A stretch of 64,000 bases of DNA from Candidatus Binatia bacterium (GCA_963664395.2 OY761159.2:544001-608000), one strand, 5' to 3'; positions 8,802 to 18,731 are shown, counted from the stretch's first letter. The notes: generated by a model not told the origin, from the letters alone. Made by a program: numbers and translations.

Positions 8802-9399
8802 TGGTTTCCTCCATTGCTGAGGCGGGCACATCAAGAACAGGCTTAAAATTCTTGCTCTTACCCGGAACCGGAGCTCCCTCTCCCACTTGCCACATCATAA
8901 GTTTTTCGCGTTGAGCAACGGCCGCAGTCCACGTCGGGTCGAGTGCTTCGGCCACAGGTTCTCGGGTTATGCGGTCGGAAGCTTTCCCCTGTAGATTCGG
9001 CTTTACATAGGCATCTGGCATGACGTGTGACGCTTGGACGGAACCGGGGACAAAGGCCATGACCATTTCATAGAACCACACTATGCTCGTAGGATCACCT
9101 TTGAGTTCAATTTCCTTTAACGCGAGCCCATTCACGACTTGCGCCAGGCAATCCGGAGCCAGAAAAATTCGTGCACCCTCTGGCGCAGTTTGGAACAGGA
9201 GCGTGCAGTGCGCGTCCGGCTCCAACCCGGCGTGCGAAGAAACATGCCAGTTGCGGAAGACGTAGCTCCGAGACACGCCGTCTCTGGAACCAATAGAAAC
9301 GCTCATGTCTCGTGTCAGTTGTTTCCGCAAGCGTGCGCTGGTCCGACTTGCGACGGCGAGTAGCATACCAACTACCCAGAGTACAAAATGAAAAAACAT
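8794..9399 (-). CDS. hypothetical protein with SCP2/sterol-carrier-like N-terminal domain
   Basis: GGAGG RBS; N-terminal pattern LWxxGxLLxxASRxSxxLRxQL..DGVSRSYVF..VSSHAG..IELKGD resembles bacterial SCP2-like proteins; its stop overlaps the Ldi start (ATGAATAG). Confidence 0.6.
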   Translation of the reverse strand: MFFHFVLWVVGMLLAVASRTSARLRKQLTRDMSVSIGSRDGVSRSYVFRNWHVSSHAGLEPDAHCTLLFQTAPEGARIFLAPDCLAQVVNGLALKEIELKGDPTSIVWFYEMVMAFVPGSVQASHVMPDAYVKPNLQGKASDRITREPVAEALDPTWTAAVAQREKLMMWQVGEGAPVPGKSKNFKPVLDVPASAMEETNE

Positions 9400-9420
9400 T
9401 GCCTACCTCCAGCAGGGCCT

Positions 9421-9518
9421 ATCCCCCTTGAGAGGGGGGCCGCCCCCATCCCCTCTCGGGAGGGGTGGCCGAAGGCCGGGGTGGGTTCCTTTTTGCATCA
9501 CCCTTCCAAGGAGGGGAC
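9421..9518. repeat. CCCCTC..GAGGGG palindromic repeat family element
   Basis: ATCCCCTCTCGGGAGGGGTGGCCGAAGGCCGGGGTGGGTTCC; near reverse-complement copy at 22621-22663. Confidence 0.7.
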
Positions 9519-9545
9519 AGCATGCCCCCAAACTCAACGAGAGAC

Positions 9546-10623
9546 TTACGCCACTACTCCCATCTGTCGTAGCAGAGGAACGATCTCCTTGCCAAACCGT
9601 ACGGTGTCATCATAATAGTGCAGAAACTCGATCAGCACGCCATCCATACCCAACTCGTATAAGCGGGCCAGTTGCTCGGCGACCTGGTCCGCGGTACCGA
9701 CCACCGGCAGCGCCCCGGCCCCCAGCGCCAGCATCTTGAGGCTGAAGCCGCTCATGGACTCACTGCCGATGCTCAGCCCGCTCGCCCAGTTCTGGGCGGC
9801 AACCATATCCGTCTGATCCATAATCCGTTGCACTTCGGTCTGTGCTTCCTTTCTCGGTTTCGCGTTACAGCACAAACGGCATCCCCGCACAGCGGACCTG
9901 TCGGCCATATCCCCGCGCCCGCTGCTTAAAGTCGTCCGCCATGTCGGGCGTCGCTTCAGCCGAAGGCGGGGCAATAAAGGCCCAGTCGCACAGGCGAGCC
10001 ACCAGATCGCGCGCAGCCTCGGACGTGCCGGCGTTCACAATCGGCGGGTGGGGTTGCTGCATGGGCTGGGGCATCACATAACCGTCGGTGATGTGGTACC
10101 AGGGAGAAACATGCCTGAAAGAGCCCGGCTCCTGGGTCCACAGTCCTTTGAGGATTTCAATAAAGGCCGTGGTGCGTTGATAGCGTTCGGCATGCGGCAG
10201 GAGTTCGATGCCCATCATGCCGAACTCGGTGGCGCTCCAGCCGCTGACGATATTGATGCCCCAGCGGCCCTGCCCGATATGATCCAGCGTCCCGCCCATC
10301 TTGGCCGCCACCAGCGGATGGAAAACCGGCACGTGGACGGTGGAGTAGACCCGAATGGTTTGGGTGGCCGCCAGAATAGCGGCAGCCCAGGTCATGGTTT
10401 CGAGCGAGGTGCCCAGATAATTGGTCTCGCCGCCAAACCCGCGCCAGCGGCTGACCGGAAACAGAAAATCAAAGCCCGCGGCCTCGGCCGCCAGGGCGAT
10501 GTTTTTATTGGACTCATACGTCCAGTCGTCGGGTTCGGGTTTATAGCTACTGATGCAGTAGGCATGACTGCAATTGGGCATGAAGATGCCGAGTTGAAAC
10601 GGCTCACGTTCGGATTCCGGCAC
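9546..10623 (-). pseudogene. LLM flavin-dependent monooxygenase pseudogene (paralog of 20064-21179)
   Basis: PFVL-TAA where the paralog has PFVLW, followed about 13 nt later by a +1 frameshift; the C-terminal part continues in ORF 9546-9974. Confidence 0.85.
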
Positions 10624-10649
10624 GCCTGGTCTCCTTCAGTCAACGTCCG

Positions 10650-10694
10650 ATTCCCTCGCCCCCAGAGCGGGGAGAGGGGACTAGGGTGAGGGGG
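10650..10694. repeat. CCCTCACCC..CCCTCTCCC..GGGAGAGGG-type palindromic repeat
   Basis: Related copy in the opposite orientation at 27664-27705. Confidence 0.65.
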
Positions 10695-10723
10695 TCCTGG
10701 TATATATCCACAGTCAGGCTGCA

Positions 10724-11950
10724 CTAAATCACGCCCTTCGCCTGTAAGGCTTCGCGCTGCGCGGCGTCGAGTTCAAGCAGACCGCCGTAGACCTCTTCAT
10801 TATGCTGGCCGACCTCCGGGCAGGGCTGGTCAAACCCGAAGGACTTGCCGACAAACTTGATCGGCATCCCAAACCCTTTCACGCCCGGCAGCGCACCCCG
10901 ACGCGGATGAAGCACATCCACGACCATCTCGCGTTCGATCAAATGCTCGTCCTCGATCAACTCGGCCGGACTCAAGATCGGGCCGGCCGGCACTTCACAT
11001 TGCTGAAGATGCGCCACCGCTTCATCGACCGTATGCGTTTCAATCCAGGCCTGGACCACCGCGTCGACGTCGTCACGATATTTCATACGCTGCTGAAGAT
11101 TCGCAAATCTGGGATCGTCGAGCAAATCTTCCCGGTTCAGGGCTCCGAGCAGACTCTTCCAGTTCTGGGCCGACACCGCACAGATGGACACATAGCCGTC
11201 CTGGGCCTGATAGACATTGAACGGCACCCCACCCGGATGCGTATTCCCCCGGCGTTCGGGAGCCAGGCCCGCGGCCATATGCTCAATCAGGTCCGGCAGC
11301 AGGAAGAATGTGCCGTCCTGCATGGACGTATCGACCCACTCGCCCTGGCCCGTTTTCTCGCGCAACTGCAAGGCTGACAGAATCCCGATCAGGGCAAACA
11401 GGGGAGCCGTGGTATCGCTGATCGCCGCTCCGCAACGAGCCGGCGGATGGTCCGCAAAGCCGGTGACACTACTGATGCCGCTGGCGGCCTGAATGATCGG
11501 ATCATACGCCCGCCAATTGCGGCGTGGCCCGCGTTGGCCAAAACCCGAAATCGAGCACAGAATAATGCGCGGGTTACACTCTTGCAGGGTCGCATAGCCG
11601 AGACCCATTTTGTCTATCGTCCCCGGCGAGAAATTCTCCACCACCACGTCGGCTTTTTTCACTAACTGTTTGAATAGCGCCGTGCCCTGCGGGTCGCGCA
11701 GATTGAGAGTGATACTCTTTTTATTGCGCGCCCGGTGGAGCACCATCAGCCCGATGTCATCCTCGGTTTGCCGGGACATGCTCGCCCCCTGCGGCCCGGC
11801 AAAGGGAGCGCGGTTGCGGTGCGCTTCGCCGCCCTGGGGCGACTCGATTTTAATGACCTCGGCTCCCAGCCCACCGAGCAGCAGGGTGCAGTACGGGCCG
11901 GCCAGAAAACGGGTGAGATCCAGGACAATCAGACCTTCGAGTGGTTTCAC
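10724..11950 (-). CDS. family III CoA-transferase (CaiB/BaiF)
   Basis: PLEGLIVLDLTRFLAGPYC, RNKKSITLNL, DVVVENFSPG, AYD motif; GTG start with GGAGG RBS. Confidence 0.93.
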   Translation of the reverse strand: MKPLEGLIVLDLTRFLAGPYCTLLLGGLGAEVIKIESPQGGEAHRNRAPFAGPQGASMSRQTEDDIGLMVLHRARNKKSITLNLRDPQGTALFKQLVKKADVVVENFSPGTIDKMGLGYATLQECNPRIILCSISGFGQRGPRRNWRAYDPIIQAASGISSVTGFADHPPARCGAAISDTTAPLFALIGILSALQLREKTGQGEWVDTSMQDGTFFLLPDLIEHMAAGLAPERRGNTHPGGVPFNVYQAQDGYVSICAVSAQNWKSLLGALNREDLLDDPRFANLQQRMKYRDDVDAVVQAWIETHTVDEAVAHLQQCEVPAGPILSPAELIEDEHLIEREMVVDVLHPRRGALPGVKGFGMPIKFVGKSFGFDQPCPEVGQHNEEVYGGLLELDAAQREALQAKGVI

Positions 11951-12151
11951 ATTTCCCTCCGTATACGAACAAAAGAGTAAACGTGTCCTCCAAACAAGCA
12001 TACAAAGCTGGATACGTTTACTCTTTGCAGCCGGTGTATCTGAATCTCTCGGGAAAGAGAAGCGTGCGGCCCAACTTGACGACCGGACTGACCGGCCATA
12101 GCATTCCTGACCGAACGTGAGGGGAGCCCGATTAGACTCAAGGAGGACAGC

Positions 12152-13231
12152 ATGAAATTCGGTATTTCCGTTTCCACAAAAATAGATGACTGGCAGCTCG
12201 TCAAATACGCCGAGGACTGCGGCTTTGATATGGCCTGGATCCCCGACTCGCAGATGATCTGGTCAGACTGCTATGCCACCATGGCCCTGGCAGCTCAGAA
12301 CACGTCGCGCATTCAACTCGGCACCGGCGTGGCGATTCCCGGCACCCGCATTGCCCCGGTCACGGCCCACTCGATTGCGTCCATCAATCAGCTTGCGCCG
12401 GGCCGCGTGTTCCTCGGCATTGGCACCGGCCATACCGCCATGCGCGTCATGGGCATGCAGCCGATGAAGATTCGCGACTTTCGCGAATACTTGCGCGTCG
12501 TCCGCGCGCTGCTGAGCGGGGAAGAGGTCGATTATACCTATGGCGACACCACCCGCACGATTCGCTTCCTGCATCAGGACTTGCGGTTCGTGAATCTGGA
12601 AAACCCGGTGCCCATCTATGTCGCGGCCAACGGTCCGCGGGCACTGCGAACCGCGGGCGAGTATGGCGACGGCCTGGTGTCGGTCTTCAACGAGCGCGCG
12701 GACGTCGTCTCCCAGCATCTGTCTTTGGTGAAAGAAGGCGCGGAGCGGGCCGGACGGACGTTTTCGGATGACTTCTTTGTGGCCGCGTTTACGTCGGCGG
12801 TCGTGCTCAAGCCGGGCGAGGCCCTGACCTCTGATCGGGTAATTGACGAATGCGGCTCCTACGTCACCGCCATTATTCACTTTGTGTGGGAGATCTACCA
12901 ACAAACGAAAGATGAAAGCGTTGTGCCGGAAGCCTATAAGGGTATCTGGGACGAGTATTGCGCCTCAGTGGAGAAGATGGAAACGCCGCGCGACAAGCGC
13001 TACCTCCAAATCCACAACGGCCACTGCACCTTCCTCGTGCCCGGGGAACGTCGCTTTGTCACTCCCGAGACAATCAAAGGTACCTGCCTGGTGGGCGAGC
13101 CGGATGAAATCATTCATGAACTCCGGGAGTCTGAAAAAGCCGGGCTCCAGGAAGTCACCCTGCTACCGTCCATGGACCAGGCGCGGAATGTGTTCAAAGA
13201 TTTCGCCCAGCAGGTGATCGAGCGCTATTAG
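12152..13231 (+). CDS. LLM class (Mer-like, possibly F420-dependent) oxidoreductase
   Basis: WIPDSQMIWSD, TSRIQLGTGV, PGRVFLGIGTG, PIYVAANGPR. Confidence 0.92.
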   Translation: MKFGISVSTKIDDWQLVKYAEDCGFDMAWIPDSQMIWSDCYATMALAAQNTSRIQLGTGVAIPGTRIAPVTAHSIASINQLAPGRVFLGIGTGHTAMRVMGMQPMKIRDFREYLRVVRALLSGEEVDYTYGDTTRTIRFLHQDLRFVNLENPVPIYVAANGPRALRTAGEYGDGLVSVFNERADVVSQHLSLVKEGAERAGRTFSDDFFVAAFTSAVVLKPGEALTSDRVIDECGSYVTAIIHFVWEIYQQTKDESVVPEAYKGIWDEYCASVEKMETPRDKRYLQIHNGHCTFLVPGERRFVTPETIKGTCLVGEPDEIIHELRESEKAGLQEVTLLPSMDQARNVFKDFAQQVIERY

Positions 13232-13234
13232 GTT

Positions 13235-13262
13235 GTAGGGGATGGTTCGCGCACCGTCCCCC
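13235..13262. repeat. REP-like palindrome
   Basis: GTAGGGGATGGTTCGCGCACCGTCCCC; related to 17558-17583 (GGGGCGGTTCGCGAACCGCCCC). Confidence 0.6.
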
Positions 13263-13433
13263 TGTCCCCACGACCGTACCTCAGAATAGGTAGACGCAGA
13301 GTCAAGCAGATCAAAAAGACAAGGCGTGAGCGGCCTGAATATCAGCAACTTCACCTGGAACATCGCTGACTCAGACTGACACCCTAGTCCGGTTATGGAC
13401 AGCGGAGGGAGAATCTGGAAAGACTGATCGGGT

Positions 13434-14330
13434 ATGAGACTCGACAGTCCTCTTAGATATCCGGGAGGAAAGGCATCGCTTGCAGCCTTTCTCGCCCGGA
13501 CCATCGCGTTGAATGCCCTCTCTGGCTGCTCATACTTCGAACCCTTTGCTGGTGGCGCGGGAGCCGCGTTGCGTCTGCTTGGGGACGGGATCGTCTCAGA
13601 ACTCCACCTGAATGACGTTGACCCGCGTATCACGGCATTCTGGCAAGCGGTTCTTCATGAGCCAGAACGATTCGTCGATGCTATCATGTCTGTTCCTGTA
13701 ACCATGGAGGAATGGAAGAGACAGCAGAATGTCTGTCGGCGCGCTGACACCAGCACGCCCTTTGAGCTGGGTTTTGCCACCTTCTACCTGAACCGTTGTA
13801 ATCGCTCAGGCATCCTCTTCGGATCCACTCCCATCGGGGGGTACGCGCAAGCAGGGAAGTGGAAGATGGACGTACGTTTCTACAGAAAGAGTCTCGCCGA
13901 GCGAGTCCGTGCCGTCGCGCGGAAACGCGAGCACATCCACGTCACCAACATGGACGCGAGGGAGTTTCTGGTAAAGCAACTTCCTCGCGGACGAGAACGG
14001 AAACGTGTCTTCACATACCTGGACCCACCCTACTACTCAAACGGCAATCGCCTCTATTTGAATTTCTACGAAGACTGGGACCACCGAAAGCTCTCTCGCT
14101 ACTTACAGCGGCAAGGTACGTTGCATTGGGTCATGTCCTACGATGACGCGTGTTTCATTCGAGATTTGTATACAACCTGTACTATCTCCCATCTCTCGCT
14201 CCAGCACAGTCTTCAACAAAAGAAACAGGTACAGGAGCTTCTGATCGCACCGTCTCACGTACGGATTCCTGATCCTGTTGCCCCAATTGAGAGACGTGAA
14301 GGAATCTTCACGTTTGCTCAGGGAGGATGA
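13434..14330 (+). CDS. DNA adenine methyltransferase (Dam/D12 class)
   Basis: SPLRYPGGK, FEPFAGGAG (motif I), FYLNR, YLDPPY (motif IV), WVMSYD. Confidence 0.93.
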   Translation: MRLDSPLRYPGGKASLAAFLARTIALNALSGCSYFEPFAGGAGAALRLLGDGIVSELHLNDVDPRITAFWQAVLHEPERFVDAIMSVPVTMEEWKRQQNVCRRADTSTPFELGFATFYLNRCNRSGILFGSTPIGGYAQAGKWKMDVRFYRKSLAERVRAVARKREHIHVTNMDAREFLVKQLPRGRERKRVFTYLDPPYYSNGNRLYLNFYEDWDHRKLSRYLQRQGTLHWVMSYDDACFIRDLYTTCTISHLSLQHSLQQKKQVQELLIAPSHVRIPDPVAPIERREGIFTFAQGG

Positions 14331-14334
14331 TTCG

Positions 14335-15461
14335 ATGAATAGCGAGAAGATTATCCCTATGGAAATTTCGGAGCTGACGTTCGATCTGAAGAATCCTCGG
14401 CTTCCCGAATTCGACCTGACCGACAATTCGACAGAATCCGACGTAATAAAGGTTCTATGGGAAGCGATGGACGTAGAAGAACTGATGATGTCCATCGCCT
14501 CCAGCGGATTCTTTCGTCACGAGCCTCTGATTGTCGCCGAAGAGGGCGGGAAGAACATTGTCATAGAAGGCAACCGCCGTCTTGCCGCGGTTAAAGTCCT
14601 TCTAGATCCTAAAGTTGCCGAAGACCTCAAGGCGGATATTCCCACTATCACAAAGAGAGCTAGGAGTGCGCTCAAAGAGCTTCCCACGGTGTCTGGGACA
14701 CGCAAAGACGCCTGGCGTTATCTCGGTTTCAAACATGTAAATGGTCCAGCCAAATGGAGCAGCTACGCCAAGTCTCGGTACATCGCCGACGTGCATAGAA
14801 AATTCGACGTCAAACTCGAAGATATCGCGAAACAGATTGGTGATACTCACAGGACAGTCCAGAGGCTGTTCCGTGGCCTTATGGTCATTGAGCAAGCCGA
14901 GCGACTGAAAGTATTCATCCTCAGATGACCGTTGGCGAAGCCATTTTTCGTTCTCACATCTCCATACGGGCCTCGGCTATTCGACGGCATCAGCACCTTT
15001 ATCGGCTTGCGACCGGAGACCGACGAAGACCCAGGAACCGGTACCCCCCGACGAAGAAAGAACGAACTTCACGTGAGCTTTGCCTCTGGATGTACGGCAG
15101 CAAGAGGGAAGAATAAGCCCCCTATTATCGAGAACGCAGAACCCGCACCTTCGAGCAACTTGATGCAGTTGTAAGCAACAAAGAGGCTCTCTGCTGCCCT
15201 GCGTGAACGGAGTTACTCTTTCGGTAGCCCACGAAATGAGCCGTCCGTCGTCCACTGTCTTCGAGGAGGCCCTGGTTGCCGCGAAACGGGACCTCCAGAA
15301 AGCGCACAGCCTGCTCTCCACCGGCTTATGATGGCTCTGAGGAACTGCTCAGAACTGCTGGCACGGTGGCAAATCTTGGCAGATGACCTCTACGAGGAAA
15401 TGGAACCGCAAGCACAAACCCCGGCAAGAAGGAAAACGCATCGTCTCGGAGAGATGATTGA
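14335..15461 (+). pseudogene. ParB/Srx-like N-terminal domain protein; 3' half broken by multiple frameshifts
   Basis: LTFDLKNPRL, EPLIV, VIEGNRRLAAVK, LGFKHVNG..W; after about 14915 coding-like peptides hop between frames; end approximate. Confidence 0.75.
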
Positions 15462-16416
15462 TGTTCAAATTGCCGAGAGCAGCCGTCCGCCCGCGCACCC
15501 TAAACACGAGCTTGCCGACTACGCCGAGTTAATTTGCTTGGCAGCGAGCGACAGCACATCGACGTACGGCTCTGATCCAGGCTACTCGGCAGGCTATGAG
15601 GATAACGACTACTCCGAGCGGTGTACAAGAAGAAGAGGAAACGACCGAGATACGAGCTGTTGAAGAATCCTACGCCGAGATTGAGCAGACGCAGGGATAG
15701 CATGCAGAGATGGCTATCCGTTCAGGCTCGACGGGACCGGGCTATACGCTTCAAATCGACGCTGACCAGGAGAGCGAGAACTACAAGCATCACGATTTAC
15801 AAGTATCTACTCCTAGCGACCCGGCTAAACATGCGAAATGATCGAGGTTCACGCAGAATATCGACGGCTACGCTTCTCTTCGAAGAACTCGCGGCGGAAG
15901 CCGCCCGGGAGTATCTTGGTAACCGTGCGGAGAGTTTAGTCTTTGGTACCGCCTCAGGTACTGAATTCCATAGTAAGGTTAACACCCTTTGCCAGAAGCT
16001 GAAGGAGGGCGACGGTTTCGTAAACCGCGACGAAGCCGCACCAACAGCACGGGACGGTAAATTGGATGTCGTCGTGTGGAAACACTTCACCGACGGTCTT
16101 GAAGGGAAGCTCATCGCTTTTGGACAGTGCAAGACAGGGAACCGACTACAAGGGCGCGCTTACTCAGCTTCAGCCCGATTCATTCTGTAGAAAATGGTTG
16201 CAATCATCCCTCGTGGTAATCACTCCCGTACGCATGTTCTTCGTTTCGGAGGCTCTGTCTCGGAGCCATTGGTATAACGTCTCAAGCGACGCTGGTTTAC
16301 TATTTGACCGCTGCCGGATTGTCGACTTTTGCGACAACATTAGTGCCAACATATTGGAGAGAGTGAGAGCCTGGACAACAGCAGCGTCCGAGGCAACCAG
16401 ATTGCCTAGGCCATAA
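15461..16416 (+). pseudogene. putative PD-(D/E)xK restriction-like nuclease; frameshifted
   Basis: Fragments MFKLP.., HELADYAEL, LFEELAAEAAREYLG, RDGKLDVVVW...FGQCKTG, LLFDRCRIV across frames. Confidence 0.65.
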
Positions 16417-16607
16417 CGTCTGGAGGACACAAGGCAGGGAAAGGACGCGTGGGAGATACTGTCCGGGCTGTTCATTCGAGCCGGGCGATAGGCTGGCAGG
16501 CGAGCAGATAGGCATATCAGTAGAGTTAAGAGGCTACGGGCGAGATGCCCACAATCCCCGGAAGATAGCCTGGACGGAAGAGGTTGACTCCTCTCCCGTC
16601 CCCTTCT

Positions 16608-16736
16608 CCCCTACGGCCGCACCTCATAATAGGCGTTGATCGGATTATCGAAATCGTGGCGTTTGAAGCGGCTGAAGCCGGCGCTACCGACCATCCTGCG
16701 CGCAACCGGTTCGGTAAATCCCAGGGTGCCCAAGCC
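16608..16736 (-). repeat. duplicated 3' end of the methyltransferase gene (copy of 17604-17732)
   Basis: 129-bp direct repeat, 8 mismatches by manual alignment, includes the stop codon. Confidence 0.92.
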
Positions 16737-16830
16737 ATCTGGCCGGCTCTGCGGTGGGCATGTGGAAGGATGAGCTATGATCCTGAGATATGCTGGGGGC
16801 ACAAAAAGAGTCAACTATCGGGCGCCGCTT

Positions 16831-17196
16831 TTACTGCTTGTTCAGTAGGGCCTTTGGTTGAGACGGTAGGGTTGGAGACGCTGCTTGTGGTGATGGTTGA
16901 TCAGGAATTTTATTGTAAATGAGCACTCCGAACGTTAGGAGAACCGCAATAATAATGGCGATCCCACTCCAGAAGGCTTGCCCTCCAACTTTGTCACGTA
17001 CATCTGACCGTAAATCTTGGATATCTTGTCTAAGGTGATTGGTTCTTTCTTCGATTCGCCCAAAACCTTGGCGTAACTCAAAGATGCCTTGAAGCACAAA
17101 CGAGTGCTGATCCGCTGGATGCTGGCCTTGTGGCTCGGTCACATCTGCCGGTGTTCCAAAGTCCGGTTGAGTCGGGTGAGGTTGACCGTCTGCCAT
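16831..17196 (-). CDS. hypothetical protein with coiled coil and C-terminal transmembrane helix
   Basis: 121 aa; GGAAGGA RBS; starts immediately after the upstream TAG. Confidence 0.6.
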   Translation of the reverse strand: MADGQPHPTQPDFGTPADVTEPQGQHPADQHSFVLQGIFELRQGFGRIEERTNHLRQDIQDLRSDVRDKVGGQAFWSGIAIIIAVLLTFGVLIYNKIPDQPSPQAASPTLPSQPKALLNKQ

Positions 17197-17457
17197 CTAT
17201 CCTTCCTTCCGGTCGAACCATTCCCAAAGCGCACGATTGTGAAATCCCCACCAAGCATCAACTCGAAGCACAATATGTCTCGACGCATTACCGTTTTCAT
17301 CACGCGGGAATAATGTTTCGCTTATCTGTTGTGATGAATCATTCGTCTGTATGGCCCACGTATAGGAGCCTATCTGGTGAAACACTCTATAATGGGACGA
17401 AAGCCCTTGCTCCTCTAATGAGGCCTTATCTTCTAAAATTAGAACGTATTTAGGCAC
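17197..17457 (-). CDS. small hypothetical protein
   Basis: GTG start VPKYVLIL...WWGFHNRALWEWF; lower GC; coupled to 16831-17196. Confidence 0.55.
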   Translation of the reverse strand: MPKYVLILEDKASLEEQGLSSHYRVFHQIGSYTWAIQTNDSSQQISETLFPRDENGNASRHIVLRVDAWWGFHNRALWEWFDRKEG

Positions 17458-17606
17458 GGTGTTCCCAGAGGGCTTTCTATCAGAAATACAAGAGCTACCG
17501 TTATCTATTCTACCTTTGTAATCGCCCAGAATGCGAAGTGCTATTGCTATGTAATAGCAGGGGCGGTTCGCGAACCGCCCCTCCACAGGAAGACGGGCAG
17601 CTGCCC

Positions 17607-18695
17607 CTACGGCCGCACCTCATAATAGGCGTTGATCGGATTGTCGAAATCGTGGCGTTTGAAGCGGCTGAAGCCGACGCTGCCAACCATCTTACGCGCA
17701 ACCGGTTCGGTAAATCCCAAGGTGCCTAAGCCTTCGCCGTCCGGTGTGGACATGGCTGAGGACATGCAACACATGACCGAAAAGCCGTACATCAAGGGCG
17801 CGAGCGGGTTTTGCTCCAGATTTTCTTCAAACGTCGGCAGGCTATGAATGTCCGCGATCAACCAGGTGCCGTCCGGTTTGAGCGCATCACGGATCGCCTG
17901 GATGACCGGCGTGGGATTGGCCATATCGTGCAGGCAGTCAAAGGTCGCAATGAAATCAAAGCTATTGTCATCGGGAATGGCGTCACCGTTCGCATCGTGA
18001 AAGGCGACGTTCTGCACGCCGGCTTTGGCCTTGTTCTCTTCGGCCCGGGCCAGGGCGTGGGCTGAGATGTCGTAGCCGTGACAGTCAGTGTGAGGAAAGG
18101 CTTCGGCGATCTTGAGTAGCGCCACGCCGGCCCCACAGCCGACATCGGCCACTTTTGCCCCGGCTTCAAGTTTGGGGACCACCCCGTCCAGAGCGGGTAA
18201 AGCTTTGGGGACAAGGTGGGCCTGGAACCACGGGGCAAGAAAACGCTCGATCCCACGCGCGCCCTCGGGCCCGAACGCATCGTACGGCAAACCCAGGCCG
18301 GTCTTGAACGACTCCGGGAGTCGTTCCATCACCCCCATCTGTTGCGGCAGCGAACAGAACCCGCCGGCCAAGAACGCCGGGCTGTTTTCGTTGGATAAGA
18401 CCAGGGCGGCTTCGGCTGACAACTCAAACTGGCGATTGCCCTTATACTCAAGCAAGCCTGCTGCCGCCTGGCCTTCGAGCCACTCTCGCAGCCACCGCTC
18501 GTGCAGCCCGGTTTTCTGCGCCAGGTCGTCACTCGTCACCGGCCCTGCGCCATCCAGGGTCTGGTAGAGACCCATCTTGTCACCGAGATAGATCATGCCG
18601 GAAATTACGGCCCCAGCGAGAAAGCCCATGGTGTGTTCGGCCATCTTCTGGACTTTGTCACGATCAATCTGAGCCTTATACGATTCGTCTGCCAT
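17607..18695 (-). CDS. class I SAM-dependent methyltransferase with N-terminal winged helix (Rv2258c-like)
   Basis: LGDKMGLY, GLHERWLREWL, VADVGCGAG, FDCLHDM, GLGT. Confidence 0.92.
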   Translation of the reverse strand: MADESYKAQIDRDKVQKMAEHTMGFLAGAVISGMIYLGDKMGLYQTLDGAGPVTSDDLAQKTGLHERWLREWLEGQAAAGLLEYKGNRQFELSAEAALVLSNENSPAFLAGGFCSLPQQMGVMERLPESFKTGLGLPYDAFGPEGARGIERFLAPWFQAHLVPKALPALDGVVPKLEAGAKVADVGCGAGVALLKIAEAFPHTDCHGYDISAHALARAEENKAKAGVQNVAFHDANGDAIPDDNSFDFIATFDCLHDMANPTPVIQAIRDALKPDGTWLIADIHSLPTFEENLEQNPLAPLMYGFSVMCCMSSAMSTPDGEGLGTLGFTEPVARKMVGSVGFSRFKRHDFDNPINAYYEVRP

Positions 18696-18731
18696 GCGGC
18701 GTCCTCCATTCTGTTTTTGAGTTTCTTTTGC

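Noticed and set aside
14926-14928. TGA interrupting the ParB-like gene as possible Sec
   Set aside because: It arises from frameshifts in an indel-rich zone; no SECIS-like hairpin.
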